Assembly: GCA_965198225.1 (NCBI GenBank)
Contig: CBDAOY010000004.1
Coordinates: 352,001-416,000, forward strand
DNA from: Terriglobia bacterium
GTDB lineage: Bacteria; Acidobacteriota; Terriglobia; 20CM-2-55-15
DNA length: 64,000 bases
Reading direction: 5' to 3'
Made by a program: the position numbers and the translations under genes. Position 1 is the stretch's first letter. The number at the start of each line of letters is the position of its first letter. Below, one piece after another: positions 10,375-21,884 of the stretch. Below the pieces are notes generated by a model. The model was given only the letters and a program-made list of their open reading frames with translations, was not told the DNA's origin and ran no database searches.

Positions 10375-11229
10375 ATGCACACAGGTATTCGAGTCACATC
10401 TTGCGGGTTGACGATCCTGTTGGCCCTGATTGGGTGCGCACAGCAACTGAAGATTGAGTTCGCGCCTTACGGTGGGGGATCTCAAACCGAGCCCGACTTC
10501 GCCAACTTGGAGCGAGAATACCCGCTCGGAGATAGCGAAGAAGCGCGCGCGGAACTCGCGAAAATCACCCCGAACTATCTTTCCAATCTGGAGCAAGCTC
10601 AGGTGGATCAGATCTACGCCCGCCTCACCGCCGGTCCTCTACCGGACGGTCCTTTCGATGGCGAAATGTTCTTCCCGAAGGGAAGGAGTGGCAAGGCCCA
10701 GATCTCCGAGGTGGTGGGCGGTGGACTTCCCGGGCTGGCGGCCGACCTCAGAGCAAAGACATTGGAAGCTATCGGTGAGGGTCTCTGGAAAGGGAAGGTG
10801 TTCTACCGGGATGATATGGTTGTGCGCAATCGTATCCAAGACCTGCTAATCCTCCGACCGATGTTTGAAGGCGGTCTCGGCGACGTTCCCACCGTCTCCG
10901 TCAATGGGCGTGAACAGTGGCTTCTGTTCCCGGCGAAACTCTACTGCGGAGAGAGCCTGCTCGACCCTCGCCGGGAATCCATCATTGTTGACTATGCGTT
11001 CGCTGATGAGATCGAAGGGTATCGAGAGCGTCCCGATGCTCTGACCGGACGCCTCAAAGTCAGAGACGAGATACGGATGGTCCGTCCTGGCTTCTACCTG
11101 GGACGCGCTTATATGGACAGGAACTTCGCCGTGAATTTCACGCTCTACAACACAGCCATCGCCGAGCAGGGGAGGGAAACGTTCATCACCAGTGGTGCGG
11201 TCGCAGAGGACTGCCGGACGGGGACCTAA
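10375..11229 (+). CDS. Hypothetical lipoprotein
   Basis: GGAGG RBS; lipobox-like LIGC; conserved-looking WKGKVF, FPAKLYCG, RDEIRMVRPGFYLGRAY. Confidence 0.75.
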   Translation: MHTGIRVTSCGLTILLALIGCAQQLKIEFAPYGGGSQTEPDFANLEREYPLGDSEEARAELAKITPNYLSNLEQAQVDQIYARLTAGPLPDGPFDGEMFFPKGRSGKAQISEVVGGGLPGLAADLRAKTLEAIGEGLWKGKVFYRDDMVVRNRIQDLLILRPMFEGGLGDVPTVSVNGREQWLLFPAKLYCGESLLDPRRESIIVDYAFADEIEGYRERPDALTGRLKVRDEIRMVRPGFYLGRAYMDRNFAVNFTLYNTAIAEQGRETFITSGAVAEDCRTGT

Positions 11230-11609
11230 TGTAGGGGAAGTTCGCCGCCTGCCTGACCGGTGGAGGTGAACCCTCACGAAGTCTTTTGAGAAAAGTTCCC
11301 AGTTCGCCCGGCTGCCTCCAGCTCTGTCGCACCATTCGACTTCCTCGTCCGGACCGGTTCGCGCCTCGTCATGCCGCTGACGGATGGCCAAGAACATATT
11401 CGGTCGAGCTTCGAGACCCCGCACCCGGAAGACGGCAGCACGTATCGCCCCACCCGGCATTCGGTTGACCGTCCACCGGATCTATGCGAGCCTGCGCCAT
11501 CTTCCATTCATGCTCAGGGCTACCGACATCAGTCGGGAGCTTTCTGAGGCGCTCCGAACTAGCGCAGGCCAAGGTGCGCGGCGAAAACGCCCGACCGCTT
11601 GGTCGGAAG

Positions 11610-11987
11610 ATGACGTGGTTTGTCATCGCCCTGGCCGTAGTGCTTGCAACCACGTCGGTCGTGGCGATAAGCGGAACACCAGCAACCCTCGCGGGTCTCT
11701 TTGTCGTTGAAATCTCCGGTGGAGACTTTGTGGATGCGGAACTGGCTAGTATGAACCTTCGAAATGCCAACGCGACTGCCGCCCGCTTCAACCAGGCGGA
11801 CTTGAGAGGCGCGAATCTCAGCTTTGCCGATCTGACATTCGCGGATCTCACCCTGGCTCACCTCGAAGCGACAGACCTGAGCCTGGCCGTCGGTTTGACC
11901 CGCTCGCAGGCAGACTCCGCGATTACCGACGAAGACACAATCCTACCGGAGCTTGAGGAAGTGTCCGCAGCCACTCCCGGTGGGTGA
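11610..11987 (+). CDS. Pentapeptide-repeat protein with N-terminal hydrophobic segment (start uncertain)
   Basis: A(D/N)L repeats: ADLRG ANLSF ADLTF ADLTL AHLEA TDLSL. Confidence 0.7.
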   Translation: MTWFVIALAVVLATTSVVAISGTPATLAGLFVVEISGGDFVDAELASMNLRNANATAARFNQADLRGANLSFADLTFADLTLAHLEATDLSLAVGLTRSQADSAITDEDTILPELEEVSAATPGG

Positions 11988-12144
11988 GTTTCTCTCGACG
12001 CTCGCTACCAAGAAATCGGTTGTTGAGATTGAGCTATGAACAAGGGTTTGGATCGCGGCCGGTGGTCTTGTGCGGTCGTAGACCATCCTTGGCCAAAACA
12101 GTTCCAGCGGAGTGAGTCTTGATGAAGCCCAAGTCCAAACGGAG

Positions 12145-12213
12145 GTGTAGGTGCGGTCTATGACCGCACACGTTTCGAACCGAAACACGTGCGCTCATAG
12201 AGCGCACCTACAC
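12145..12213. repeat. GTAG-REP doublet (REPIN/BIME-like), copy 1
   Basis: GTGTAGGTGCGGTC-TAT-GACCGCAC ... GTGCGCTC-ATA-GAGCGCACCTACAC. Confidence 0.9.
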
Positions 12214-12382
12214 CCGATCCTAGAGTTCGCTTGTCTTCGGCGCCGAGACCTCTCTGGGGACTTGACGCTTCACCTACCGATTTCGAACGGGATTATCCGT
12301 CTCTGAGGGGTTCCCTTCAGATGTCTTGGACACTGATGGTCGTAAACCGCACCTATACCTGATTGGCATTCCGCAGGAAGAA

Positions 12383-13285
12383 CTAGGGAATCGCGTCCAG
12401 CCGCCTCATCGTCTCGTCTGCCGCGGCGATGAGTCCGGCGTTCCAGTAGAGCCAGGCCAGCCTGCCGAGGATTCGTTTGTCGGACGCATCACCGGAGAGC
12501 AACCCGCGGAGTTCGCCGGCGGATTGGGCGTAGTAACCGGAACTCTCCAGCTCCATCGCGCGAAGGAGACGGGCCGCGTTGTCCGTAGCTGAATCCGAAC
12601 TCAGGGTTGAGCCCGGCTCGACCTGAAAGAGCGCGTTCTGAAAGCCGGTCGTTCTGCTGCCGGCCTGTCCCCGCAGTTCCCAGAGATAGCTGCCTTCGGC
12701 CAACTCGGGAAGAGTCGAAGGGTAGGCTGCACTCAGCTCCGTCGTTTTGTGCTCCCAGAGGATCTTACCGGCGATGTCGCTCAGGGTCAGTTCGTAGGTC
12801 TCGGTGTCCTCGGCCACGGCCCAGCTGAAACGCGGTCGTACATCCGACACCCGGCCGCCCAGGTAGAGCGGGATTGGAGGATACCCGCGCACGCGCATGC
12901 CGCCGACACGTTCCAGACTCTCGGCTCCGAGCGCCACCTGAGGAAGGAAACAACCTCCTGCCTGTTGCATGCTCGTCGGGTCTCCCTCGACAAACGTGAC
13001 CTCGTCTGCGCCAAGAGCGGCGACGGTGCCGCCAGCCAGCGTGATCGTCTGCTCCGACGGGCAATAAACCAGCGTGGCCTGGCCCGAGCCCGTGATCACG
13101 CGGTCCCCGCCGAAGAGGAGATCCCCAAGCTGAACGGGCGTCCGCTCGCCGTTACGTTCGACTTCGACCCCGCCGTCTACCCCCAGCACCATTCCAACGG
13201 GCGTGCTGTCCGACTGAGTCGCAAACAATGCCGCGGGCTGGAGCAGGAAAACAAAAGTGACGATGACGATTCGTGGAGACATCAT
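12383..13285 (-). CDS. Secreted protein with FecR-like N-terminus, DUF928-like/Ig-like middle and TPR-like C-terminus
   Basis: Signal peptide; VDGGVEVERNG..LFGGDRVITG; PRFSW..YELTL..LAEGSYLW; divergent from the CHAT gene. Confidence 0.6.
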   Translation of the reverse strand: MMSPRIVIVTFVFLLQPAALFATQSDSTPVGMVLGVDGGVEVERNGERTPVQLGDLLFGGDRVITGSGQATLVYCPSEQTITLAGGTVAALGADEVTFVEGDPTSMQQAGGCFLPQVALGAESLERVGGMRVRGYPPIPLYLGGRVSDVRPRFSWAVAEDTETYELTLSDIAGKILWEHKTTELSAAYPSTLPELAEGSYLWELRGQAGSRTTGFQNALFQVEPGSTLSSDSATDNAARLLRAMELESSGYYAQSAGELRGLLSGDASDKRILGRLAWLYWNAGLIAAADETMRRLDAIP

Positions 13286-13391
13286 TCACCCATTCTCCAT
13301 TTGAGACACGACGAGGTCCAGTAACTTATCGTTTCTTTAGACTGTGGCAACGCTGCTACGATTGAGCAAGTTGACACGGAAACAACAGACT

Positions 13392-15710
13392 ATGGATGCC
13401 AGAGCGAATTACCGTCGTGCGTTCGTTGCCGCTCTCTTGTGCCTCGTGAGCCAGGGCTCACTCTCCGCAGCGCAGGTTTCTTCCCCTCAAGACACCGTGG
13501 CGGCCGCCGAGCGGGCGTACTGGCGCGGTGCTTTCGATGAGGCTATCGAGGGTTGGCTGAAAGCGGCGCAGGAGTTCGAACTGGCGGGCCGACTCCCTGA
13601 ACAGGTCGACGCGCTTGTTCACGTTGCCGAAACCTACCAGAATATCGGCCTCTTCACCGAAGCGCTCGACGCACTGGAATCGGCCCGCGCCTTGAATCGA
13701 GAAGCCTCAAACCCGGCCCAGGCGAGGATACTCGGAACCGAGGGCAGCATCTTCCTCGCACTGCGTTCGAATCAACTTGCCGGCGACGCTTTGACGCGGG
13801 CGCTCGAAATCGCCACCCGACTCGGGGATGACCGGCTTTCTGCGTTCATCGGGAACAACCGCGGCAAGTTGTTTGCCGCCCGCGGCGAATACGACCTTGC
13901 GATCGCTTCCCACAGGGACAGTGCCCGCCTCGCCGCCGATAACGCGATGCCGGCGCTGGCGGCTCGTGCTCTGAGCAATGCCGCGACCCTTTTCTGCCAG
14001 ACCGGGCAGTATGACGAGTGCGCGGAACTTCAGCGAGAAGGTCTGGAAGTGGCGGCTTCACTCGACAACTCGCATGACAAGGCTCACTTGCTCGTGACGC
14101 TCGGGCTGAACCACGGGCCGCTCGTCGAACAGTTTCCGGACCGCTACAGCGAGCTGATGCTCCGCGCCTACGACGCCTTCAACCAGGCGTCGGAGTCGGC
14201 CGAAGCGATCGGTGACCTTCGCGTTCGATCGTTCGCCGGCGGGAGCCTTGGTCGCCTTTACGAGACGGAGAACCGACATGCCGAGGCACTCGAACTGACA
14301 CGGCGCGCCCTGTCCGACGCGCAGCAGGTCGATGCTCCCGAGTCGCTCTACCGCTGGCAATGGCAGGCCGGCCGACTACTCCGCGCTCTGGGAAACCCCG
14401 ACGAAGCCATCGAAGCCTACCGGTCTTCAATCGCGACGCTTCAGAGCATTCGGCAGGAGGCGCCCGAAGCCTATGCCACCACGGCCACCTCCTTCAGGGA
14501 ATCGGCCGGCCGGGCCTACTTCGAGATGATCGACCTGCTCCTGGAGCGTGCGTCTTCCGCTGAGCGGGCGTCATCCGCTACCGAGTCCGAAGATGCCCTG
14601 CAATACCTGAACGAGGCCCGCGAGACGGTGGAGCTCTTCAAGCTTGCCGAACTGAGAGACTACTTCCGAGACGACTGTGTCGACACATACATGGCTCGGG
14701 AGACCGGGCTGGACGAGGTCTCTCCGGATGCGGCAATCATCTATCCGATACTCCTCCCGGACCGTCTGGAACTCTTGGTGGGGATCGGCTCGAGGCTGAG
14801 CCGAGTGACGGTGCCCGTTCGCGAAGAAGCCCTCACGAACCTGGTCCGTATCTTTCGGCTCCTTCTGGAAGGTCGGACGCCGAATGCCTATCTCGCTCCG
14901 GCCCAGCAGCTTTATGAATGGCTAATCCGCCCGCTCGAGCCCCAATTGGAGTCGTCCGGAGTCGAGACCCTCGTGTTCGTCCCCGATGGACCCTTAAGGA
15001 CGATACCGATGGCGGCCCTTCACGACGGGTCGGATTTCGTGATCGCGAAGTACGCAGTGGCGGTGACGCCGAGTCTGAGCCTGTCGGACCCCCGCCCGTT
15101 GGAGCGCGAGAACATCTCGGTTCTGACCGTCGGTTTGACTGAAGCAGTGCAGAACTTCGCCGCGTTGCCGAGTGTCGCCGCCGAGGCGCAGGCGATTTCG
15201 GAACTCTACCCGGGTGCTTCGCTGCTCGATGAACGCTTCGTGGTCGACAACGTGGAGAGCGAACTGACGGAAACGGAGTTCAGTATCGTCCACGTCGCCT
15301 CCCATGCTGCGTTTGCCAGCAACCCGGAGGACTCGTTCCTGCTGACCTACGACGATCGGTTCACGCTCGACGATCTGGGAGATCTCATCGGGCGGTTTCG
15401 CCTGCGCGAGAACCCGATCGAACTGCTGACGCTGAGCGCCTGCGAATCGGCATCGGGCGACGATCGCGCCGCCCTGGGCCTGGCTGGTGTCGCCGTGAAG
15501 GCGGGCGCCAAGAGTGCGCTGGCCACGTTGTGGCAGATCAGCGACGAGGCGACATCCGAACTCATCGGGCGTTTCTACGGCGAACTCCGGAACACGTCCT
15601 TGACCAAGGCGAAGGCACTGCAGCAGGCGCAGTTGGAACTGGTGTCCGACCCGAGATACGAGCATCCGTTCTACTGGTCGCCCTTCATCCTTATTAATAA
15701 CTGGTTGTGA
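13392..15710 (+). CDS. Secreted TPR + CHAT-domain (caspase/HetF-like) protease
   Basis: Signal peptide, TPR repeats, LVFVPDGPLRTIPMAAL, catalytic HVASHA and LSACES, ATLWQISD, HPFYWSPFILINNW. Confidence 0.92.
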   Translation: MDARANYRRAFVAALLCLVSQGSLSAAQVSSPQDTVAAAERAYWRGAFDEAIEGWLKAAQEFELAGRLPEQVDALVHVAETYQNIGLFTEALDALESARALNREASNPAQARILGTEGSIFLALRSNQLAGDALTRALEIATRLGDDRLSAFIGNNRGKLFAARGEYDLAIASHRDSARLAADNAMPALAARALSNAATLFCQTGQYDECAELQREGLEVAASLDNSHDKAHLLVTLGLNHGPLVEQFPDRYSELMLRAYDAFNQASESAEAIGDLRVRSFAGGSLGRLYETENRHAEALELTRRALSDAQQVDAPESLYRWQWQAGRLLRALGNPDEAIEAYRSSIATLQSIRQEAPEAYATTATSFRESAGRAYFEMIDLLLERASSAERASSATESEDALQYLNEARETVELFKLAELRDYFRDDCVDTYMARETGLDEVSPDAAIIYPILLPDRLELLVGIGSRLSRVTVPVREEALTNLVRIFRLLLEGRTPNAYLAPAQQLYEWLIRPLEPQLESSGVETLVFVPDGPLRTIPMAALHDGSDFVIAKYAVAVTPSLSLSDPRPLERENISVLTVGLTEAVQNFAALPSVAAEAQAISELYPGASLLDERFVVDNVESELTETEFSIVHVASHAAFASNPEDSFLLTYDDRFTLDDLGDLIGRFRLRENPIELLTLSACESASGDDRAALGLAGVAVKAGAKSALATLWQISDEATSELIGRFYGELRNTSLTKAKALQQAQLELVSDPRYEHPFYWSPFILINNWL

Positions 15711-15719
15711 ACTGAGCTG

Positions 15720-18700
15720 ATGATCGCCCGCACCCGAATCCGCTTTTCGCTCTGCACCATTTCGCTGGCCGCGCTCGTCTTGACGGCCGTAGGCGCGGTT
15801 CAGGCCCAGAATGTCGTCCTCGACCCAACTCTCGGCAACCCGACGAGCCTCGGAAACGGCCCGACGTACAGCATCACCGAAGCCATGGGCCGGACAATCG
15901 GCAACAACCTGTTCCACAGTTTTTCGCGGTTCTCGCTGCTCGGCGGCGAGACGGCCGAGTTCACTACTGCGAGCGCCATCCAGAACATCCTGGCCCGCAT
16001 TACCGGCGCCGAGGTGTCCACGATCGACGGTACCATTCGATCGCCGGCGAACCTGTTCTTCTTCAACCCGAATGGCGTCGTGTTCAACTCCGGCGCGACC
16101 CTCGACATCGATGGGTCGTTCCATGCGAGCACCGCCGACTACCTGAGGATGGGTGCGACCGCCTTCTACGTGGATGAGTCCCAAGCCACCGCGGACCTGC
16201 CGAGCGTGTTATCGATCGATCCCGGCGTGCTGCTGGATCCGCCCGACGCCTTCGGATTCTCGTCTGCAACCCCGGCCCCAATCACGGTCAACGGCTCGAC
16301 TCTGACAATGGCGGAGGGCGGCAGGATTGGTCTGGTGGGCGGAGACATCACGTTTGTTGGAGGAGCCCTGAGGGCCGACGGTGGTCGCATCGACGTTGCG
16401 GGCGTCGGAGTCGCTGGAGAAGTCATCCTGACCGAGCAAGGTGTGGACACCAGCTCGTTTTCGTTGTCCGGTCTCGGCAAGCTCCGGTTGAGCGGCGACG
16501 CGACGATGGACGTCAGCGAGGCTTTCTCCGCACCGAACGGAGCGGGTCGGCTGATCATCCGGGCCGGCCGTCTGGAGATGGATTCCTCCATCCTGCGAGC
16601 CAACACAACCTTCAGCGGCGGGGGTGTCATCGACATCGATGTTACCGGCACCATCGTCCTGTCGAATGGCGCCGCCATCGCGACCTGGACCCTTGGAGAC
16701 GGCGCCGCCGCACCGATCCGGATCGTTGCGGACGACGTGGTAATTCGCGGCGGCAGCGAGATCCGATCGCTGTCAACCGGTGCCGGTCGGGCCGGCAACA
16801 TCACCCTCGATGCCTTCCGCTCGATCCTGATGTCCGACCCTGACAGTACCAGTCCGTTCGGTAACGGGGTCGAGAGTAATGTGTTCCTCGCGGAGGGCGG
16901 TGGCGGGGATATCACGATCACGGCTCCCAAGATCACGATCGAACAAAGCCACATCAGCGCCGACGTGCGGAACACCGTCCTGGTAGAAACCGCCACGAGC
17001 GGCCGGCCGGGCAGCATCCGAATCCAGACCAATGAACTGGTGATGAGCGGGGGCTCCACGATCCAGAACGACGTGCGAAACTCGGGTTCTGAGCCGAGTG
17101 CTTCAGATACACCGGAGATCCGGGTGCAGCCTCTCGACGTCCTCTCCCACTCCGAGATTCGGCTGACGGGGCCGGGGACGAAGATTCAGAGCCGCGCCAG
17201 CGACAGCAGTCAGGACAGCTCGAACATCTGGCTCGAGGCGAACCGGATCCGGTTGTCCGGTGTCTCCGGCGTCGATACGACGGTGTCGAGTGGCTCCGCA
17301 TCGGCCGGCCGGATCGACGTCATCGCGGATCGACTGACGCTGGAGGGGGGGAGTTTCATCGACAGCGAATCCCTGTCAGCGGCGACCGGGGACGCCGGCA
17401 CGATCGCGGTTCGCGCGAGCGAATCCGTGACCCTGCGTGGGAGCGAAGGCGACGTCCGAAGCCAGATTTCCAGCACGACCCGGGGCGGGGGGAACGGCGG
17501 TCAGGTCTCGGTGGCCGTCAACAACCTTGATCGAACCGGCGCCCTCGTCATTACCGACGACGCCGTCGTCCAGTCGAATAACCGATCGTCCATCGACGTC
17601 GTGCGCGGCGGAGATGTCCGCATCGATGCCGACGTCGTGCTGGTTGACACCGGTGGTTCCGTCGAAAGCGTCGCGGGTACCGGCAGCAGGGGAGACGCCG
17701 GGAACGTCACGATCGGTGCCACGGAGTCGATTACCCTCCGCGGCACGAACGCGGACCTGTTCCCGAGCTTCGTGTCCACCTCGACCTTCGGTGCAGGCCC
17801 GGGAGGGACCGTCCGGCTTTCCGCTCCCAGCATCGTGGTCGCAGACGGTGCTGTCGTCGACTCGTTGACCACAGGTTCGGGAAGTGGTGGGACCGTCCGG
17901 ATCGGTCGGGACGCGGACCTTCCGATCGATACGGCGGAACTCTCAGTTCAGAGGGAAGGAAGAATTGTCGTCGACAGCCGGGGCTTCGGCGACGGCGCCG
18001 GCCGGGCAGGGTCCATCTCGGTGGACGTTGCTCGTCTCGTCCTCGATCGAGGCGGTCAGATCACCGCCACGACGTCCGACGGGGAGGGAGGCACGATCAC
18101 GATTCGCGCGAGCGAGTCTGTTTCGCTGGAAGACCTGGGAACTGCCTCGCTCGACACCGTCATCTCTACCGCGACGTTCGGCGCGGGCGAAGGCGGCCGG
18201 GTTTCGGTAAACGCGACCAACGGTGACGGTACGGGAACGGTTCTGATAGACGGCGCAGCAGTCGAATCGAACAATTTTTCGGATTTCGGCGTCCCGGACG
18301 GCGGCGATGTCCGCATCGATGCGGATATCGTGCGGATCAAAAACGGCGGTTCCGTCGCGAGCGCCGCCGCCAACGGCGTCCTGGGCGGCGCCGGTAACGT
18401 CACGATCGGTGCGACCTCGCTGTTGTCCGTTCGCGGCTTCAACGCGGATGGAGTCCGGAGTCGTATTACGACGGCCACGGGCGGCGCTGGCTCGGCAGGC
18501 GAACTTCGCGTGTCGGCGGACCGGATCGTCGTTGCCGATGGAGCCCGGATCGACTCGCTGACCAACAACACGGGCAGTGGAGGAACCATCCGGATCGGAC
18601 GGGCGCCTGATCTTCCGATCAACACACGGGAACTCGTCGTTCAGAATTCCGCGGGGATCTCCGCCAGCAGTTCGGCAATCGGTGAAGACGCCGGACGGGC

Positions 18701-20190
18701 GGGTTCTGTGATCGTCGACGTCGATCGACTCGACCTCGAGACGGGTGGTTTCATCACGGCCATCACGTTCGACGGCGCCGGTGGGGAAATCGCGATCGGC
18801 GCCACATCGTCGATGTCGCTGAGCGGACAAAGCATCGTGTCCAGCTCCACCCTGGGCGAAGGGCCGGGAGGTGAGGTGCAGCTCTCAGCCGGTCGCATCG
18901 CCGTTACCGATGGGTCGGTGGTCAGCTCGACGACGGGTCTTGCGGGAGACGGGGGAACTGTCCGGATCGGGCGCAGCGCGGATGTTCCGATCGACACGCA
19001 GGAACTCTTCGTCCAGGATGCGATCATTTCCGCACAGAGTGTCGCTCTCGGCGAGAGCGCCGGTGCGGCCGGTTCGGTCAGCGTGGATGTTGCCCGGCTC
19101 GTGCTGGACGGAGGTGGACAGATCGCAGCGAGCACCTTTGATGGGACGGGGGGAACGATCGGCATCCGCGCTTCCGAATCCTCGAAGTTCAGTGGGCTGG
19201 CCGACGGCGAGTTCCCGAGTGGCGTTTTCACGGACACCAGCGGAACCGGAACCGGCGGTACCGTGACGATCGACACGCCGCGTCTGGAAATGTCGGCGCG
19301 CGCGCACGTCGCCTCGATCGCCCGAGCCGGCAGCAGCGCGCGAGCGGGGGACATCAACCTTCGCGTCGAAGAGATGGACCTGAGCGGTGAAGCCCTGGTC
19401 TCTGCCGAGAGCATCGGTACGGGCTCGGCCGGTTTGATCGATATCCGCGGACGTGCCGAAGGCGGGCAACCTGCCCAGTCACTGGTCATCCGCAACGGAA
19501 GGATCACGACCGAATCCCTTCAAGCCGGAGGGGGAAGCATCAGGGTCGATGCCGACCGGGTCCTGCTCTCCGAAGACAGCCTGATCACGACCAACGTCCT
19601 GAGCGGCACCGAGAGTGGAAACGTCAGTCTCGATGCCCGCTTTGTCGAACTGGACAACAGCAACGTGACCGCAGACGGCGGTGAAGGGGGCCGGCGGCAA
19701 TATCGCGATCGTCGTCGCCGGGACGGAAGATACGGGGGAGTTCGCAGTTCCCGGCCGGTTTCCTGGTTCTGAAGGACACCACCCCGACAGCCGGCGGGAG
19801 TCGAGGGTGAGGTCGGGATCCAGGCGCAATGTTGATCTTTCCGCCCTGATTGCCGCCGTCTGCCCGGACCTCCGTGCTCATCGCAGGAGTCAGCGAAAGC
19901 ATCACACCTCTCCCTGGGAACTTCCCTCGACGCTGCCGCCCTCCTCCGGGCACGGTGCGCCGAAAGGGCAAAGCGGTGGGGCGGCGAGCAGTTTCATCGC
20001 GGCTGGCCGCGACGGGCTCCGCGCTTGTACCAGGCTGGTCTGTGACGCTGTGAAGCCTGCAGCTCGACCCGCCCGAGCCGGGCGGACTGCTTTCGAGTTC
20101 GGTGTTCGATCTGCCGGTCTGGCAGCGGTCCAACCCCATATGGTTCTGGTACACGCCCACGGATCCCTCGTGCGGCCGGATCGCAGGAGG
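15720..20190 (+). CDS. TpsA / filamentous haemagglutinin-family exoprotein, frameshifted near its 3' end (main ORF 15720-19772)
   Basis: Signal peptide, TPS domain (NLFHSFSRF, NPNGV), GGxI beta-helix repeats. The repeat pattern continues in the +1 frame after G5 at 19686-19690 (GAGGNIAI..SSFIAAGRDGL). True stop not determinable. Confidence 0.85.
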
Positions 20191-20196
20191 GCGACG

Positions 20197-21882
20197 ATGA
20201 GAAACATCCTGTTGCTTCTCGTCGCATCATGTTTGGTCCTGGCCGCAACGTTTCCTCTCATCGGCGCACCCGCACAGCAGGTCCTGCCGCCCATCCCACC
20301 ATCAGCACGGGACCCGCTTGCGGGCGTTGAAATCCGCGAAATCCGCGTCGAGGGCAGCACCGTCTTCACTACCGATGAACTCGATACCATCACTGCTCGC
20401 TACGTCAACCGCAGACTGACCTCCGAAGATCTGAGCGTTCTTCGGCGGGAACTGACCGATCTGTATGTCAACAACGGCTACGTCAACTCGGGCGCCCTCA
20501 TTCCGGATCAGGTTCTCGGCGGCGGCGTGATAACGGTAGCAATCGTCGAGGGCCGATTGACGGATCTGGAAGTCGAGGAGCCGCGATGGTTTCGAGCGGA
20601 GCACATCCGCAAGCGCATCGAGCCCGGTGCGGACGGACCCCTGAACATCCGGAGCCTCCAGCAGCGGTTGCAGCTGCTGGAACAGGACCCGCGCATTCGC
20701 CGGTTTGCGGCGGAGTTGCGGCCCGGTTACCGGCCCGGGGAAGCGCGATTGAACCTCGCGATCGAAGAAGAAAGCCCCTATAGCGCTTCGGTAGGTTTCG
20801 ACAACTACCAGTCTCCAACGGTGGGCTCCTCTCGCGTGACTCTGGGCGCGGCCCACGTGAACCTGATGGGATTCGGTGATGTCCTGAGCGTGAGCTCAGG
20901 CTGGTCGAGTGGGGTGTCCCCGCAGATCACCGCGGCCTATGAGATACCCCTGACCGCTCAGGACACGTCGCTCAACTTCAGCTACACCAAGAACGATTTC
21001 ACTGTTGTCGAAGCGCCGTTCGAGAGCCTGGATGTGGTCAGCGAATCCTCGGGCTTCGGCCTGGAGCTGCGGCATCCTCTTTACAGAACGCTGAACACGG
21101 AGCTGGTCGTGGGAGTGGGTGCAGGACGGACGAGCAACCGGACCTTCCTGTTGGGAGAAAGATTTTCGTTTTCTCTGGGCGCTAAAGACGGGGAATCGAA
21201 CGTCACCGCGTTGAGAGTTTCGCAAGCGTGGACGCACCGGTCGCAGAATCAAGCGCTGGCGGTTCAGTCCCGTTTCAGTTTCGGGATGAACCTGTTCGGC
21301 GCGACCATTCATGGTGACGATTCGATCTACCGCCGGATCGACGTCCAGGACCCACCCGACGGGCGGTTCTTTGCCTGGTTGGGCAAGTTTCAATGGGCAC
21401 GGCGTGTAGGCCGCGCTCAGCTGATCTTCCGAACCGATGCGCAGCTGGCGGCCGATCCGCTCCTGGCCACCGAGCAGCTTCCGATCGGCGGGAGGAACAG
21501 CGTCCGGGGCTACCGGGAGAACCAGCTCGTCCGGGACAATGCCGTCATCAGCTCACTCGAATCCCGCCTGACACTGGTGTCGGACCGAACTTGGGCACGC
21601 AGCCTGGAGCTGACGCCGTTCTTCGATTTCGGGGAGGGGTGGCATACTACACCGGACGCCGCCGGCCGAGGCCGGATCCTGCTCCCAGTTCCCCCATCCA
21701 GGATCTACAGCGCCGGCGTAGGCGTCCGATGGGACGGGGTTTTCGGCGATTCCCTCCGGTGGAATCCCCAGTTTGAGATTTACTGGGGCGAAGGCCTCGT
21801 CGACCTCGATGCCGCGAATAGCCCCAGTGGTTCACTCCAGGATGCGGGCATCCATTTCAGTATCGGGTTGAGGGTATTCTAA
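20197..21882 (+). CDS. TpsB (ShlB/FhaC/HecB family) outer-membrane transporter
   Basis: AGGAGG RBS, signal peptide, POTRA (YVNNGYVNS), IGGRNSVRGY, C-terminal Phe. Confidence 0.92.
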   Translation: MRNILLLLVASCLVLAATFPLIGAPAQQVLPPIPPSARDPLAGVEIREIRVEGSTVFTTDELDTITARYVNRRLTSEDLSVLRRELTDLYVNNGYVNSGALIPDQVLGGGVITVAIVEGRLTDLEVEEPRWFRAEHIRKRIEPGADGPLNIRSLQQRLQLLEQDPRIRRFAAELRPGYRPGEARLNLAIEEESPYSASVGFDNYQSPTVGSSRVTLGAAHVNLMGFGDVLSVSSGWSSGVSPQITAAYEIPLTAQDTSLNFSYTKNDFTVVEAPFESLDVVSESSGFGLELRHPLYRTLNTELVVGVGAGRTSNRTFLLGERFSFSLGAKDGESNVTALRVSQAWTHRSQNQALAVQSRFSFGMNLFGATIHGDDSIYRRIDVQDPPDGRFFAWLGKFQWARRVGRAQLIFRTDAQLAADPLLATEQLPIGGRNSVRGYRENQLVRDNAVISSLESRLTLVSDRTWARSLELTPFFDFGEGWHTTPDAAGRGRILLPVPPSRIYSAGVGVRWDGVFGDSLRWNPQFEIYWGEGLVDLDAANSPSGSLQDAGIHFSIGLRVF

Positions 21883-21884
21883 GG

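Noticed and set aside
11230-11480. Possible gene or transposase fragment between the lipoprotein and pentapeptide genes
   Set aside because: No motif or terminal repeat that I can identify with confidence.
19681-21882. 733-aa TpsB with a long N-terminal extension
   Set aside because: The real start is 20197 (RBS plus signal peptide); the extension is the frameshifted TpsA tail.
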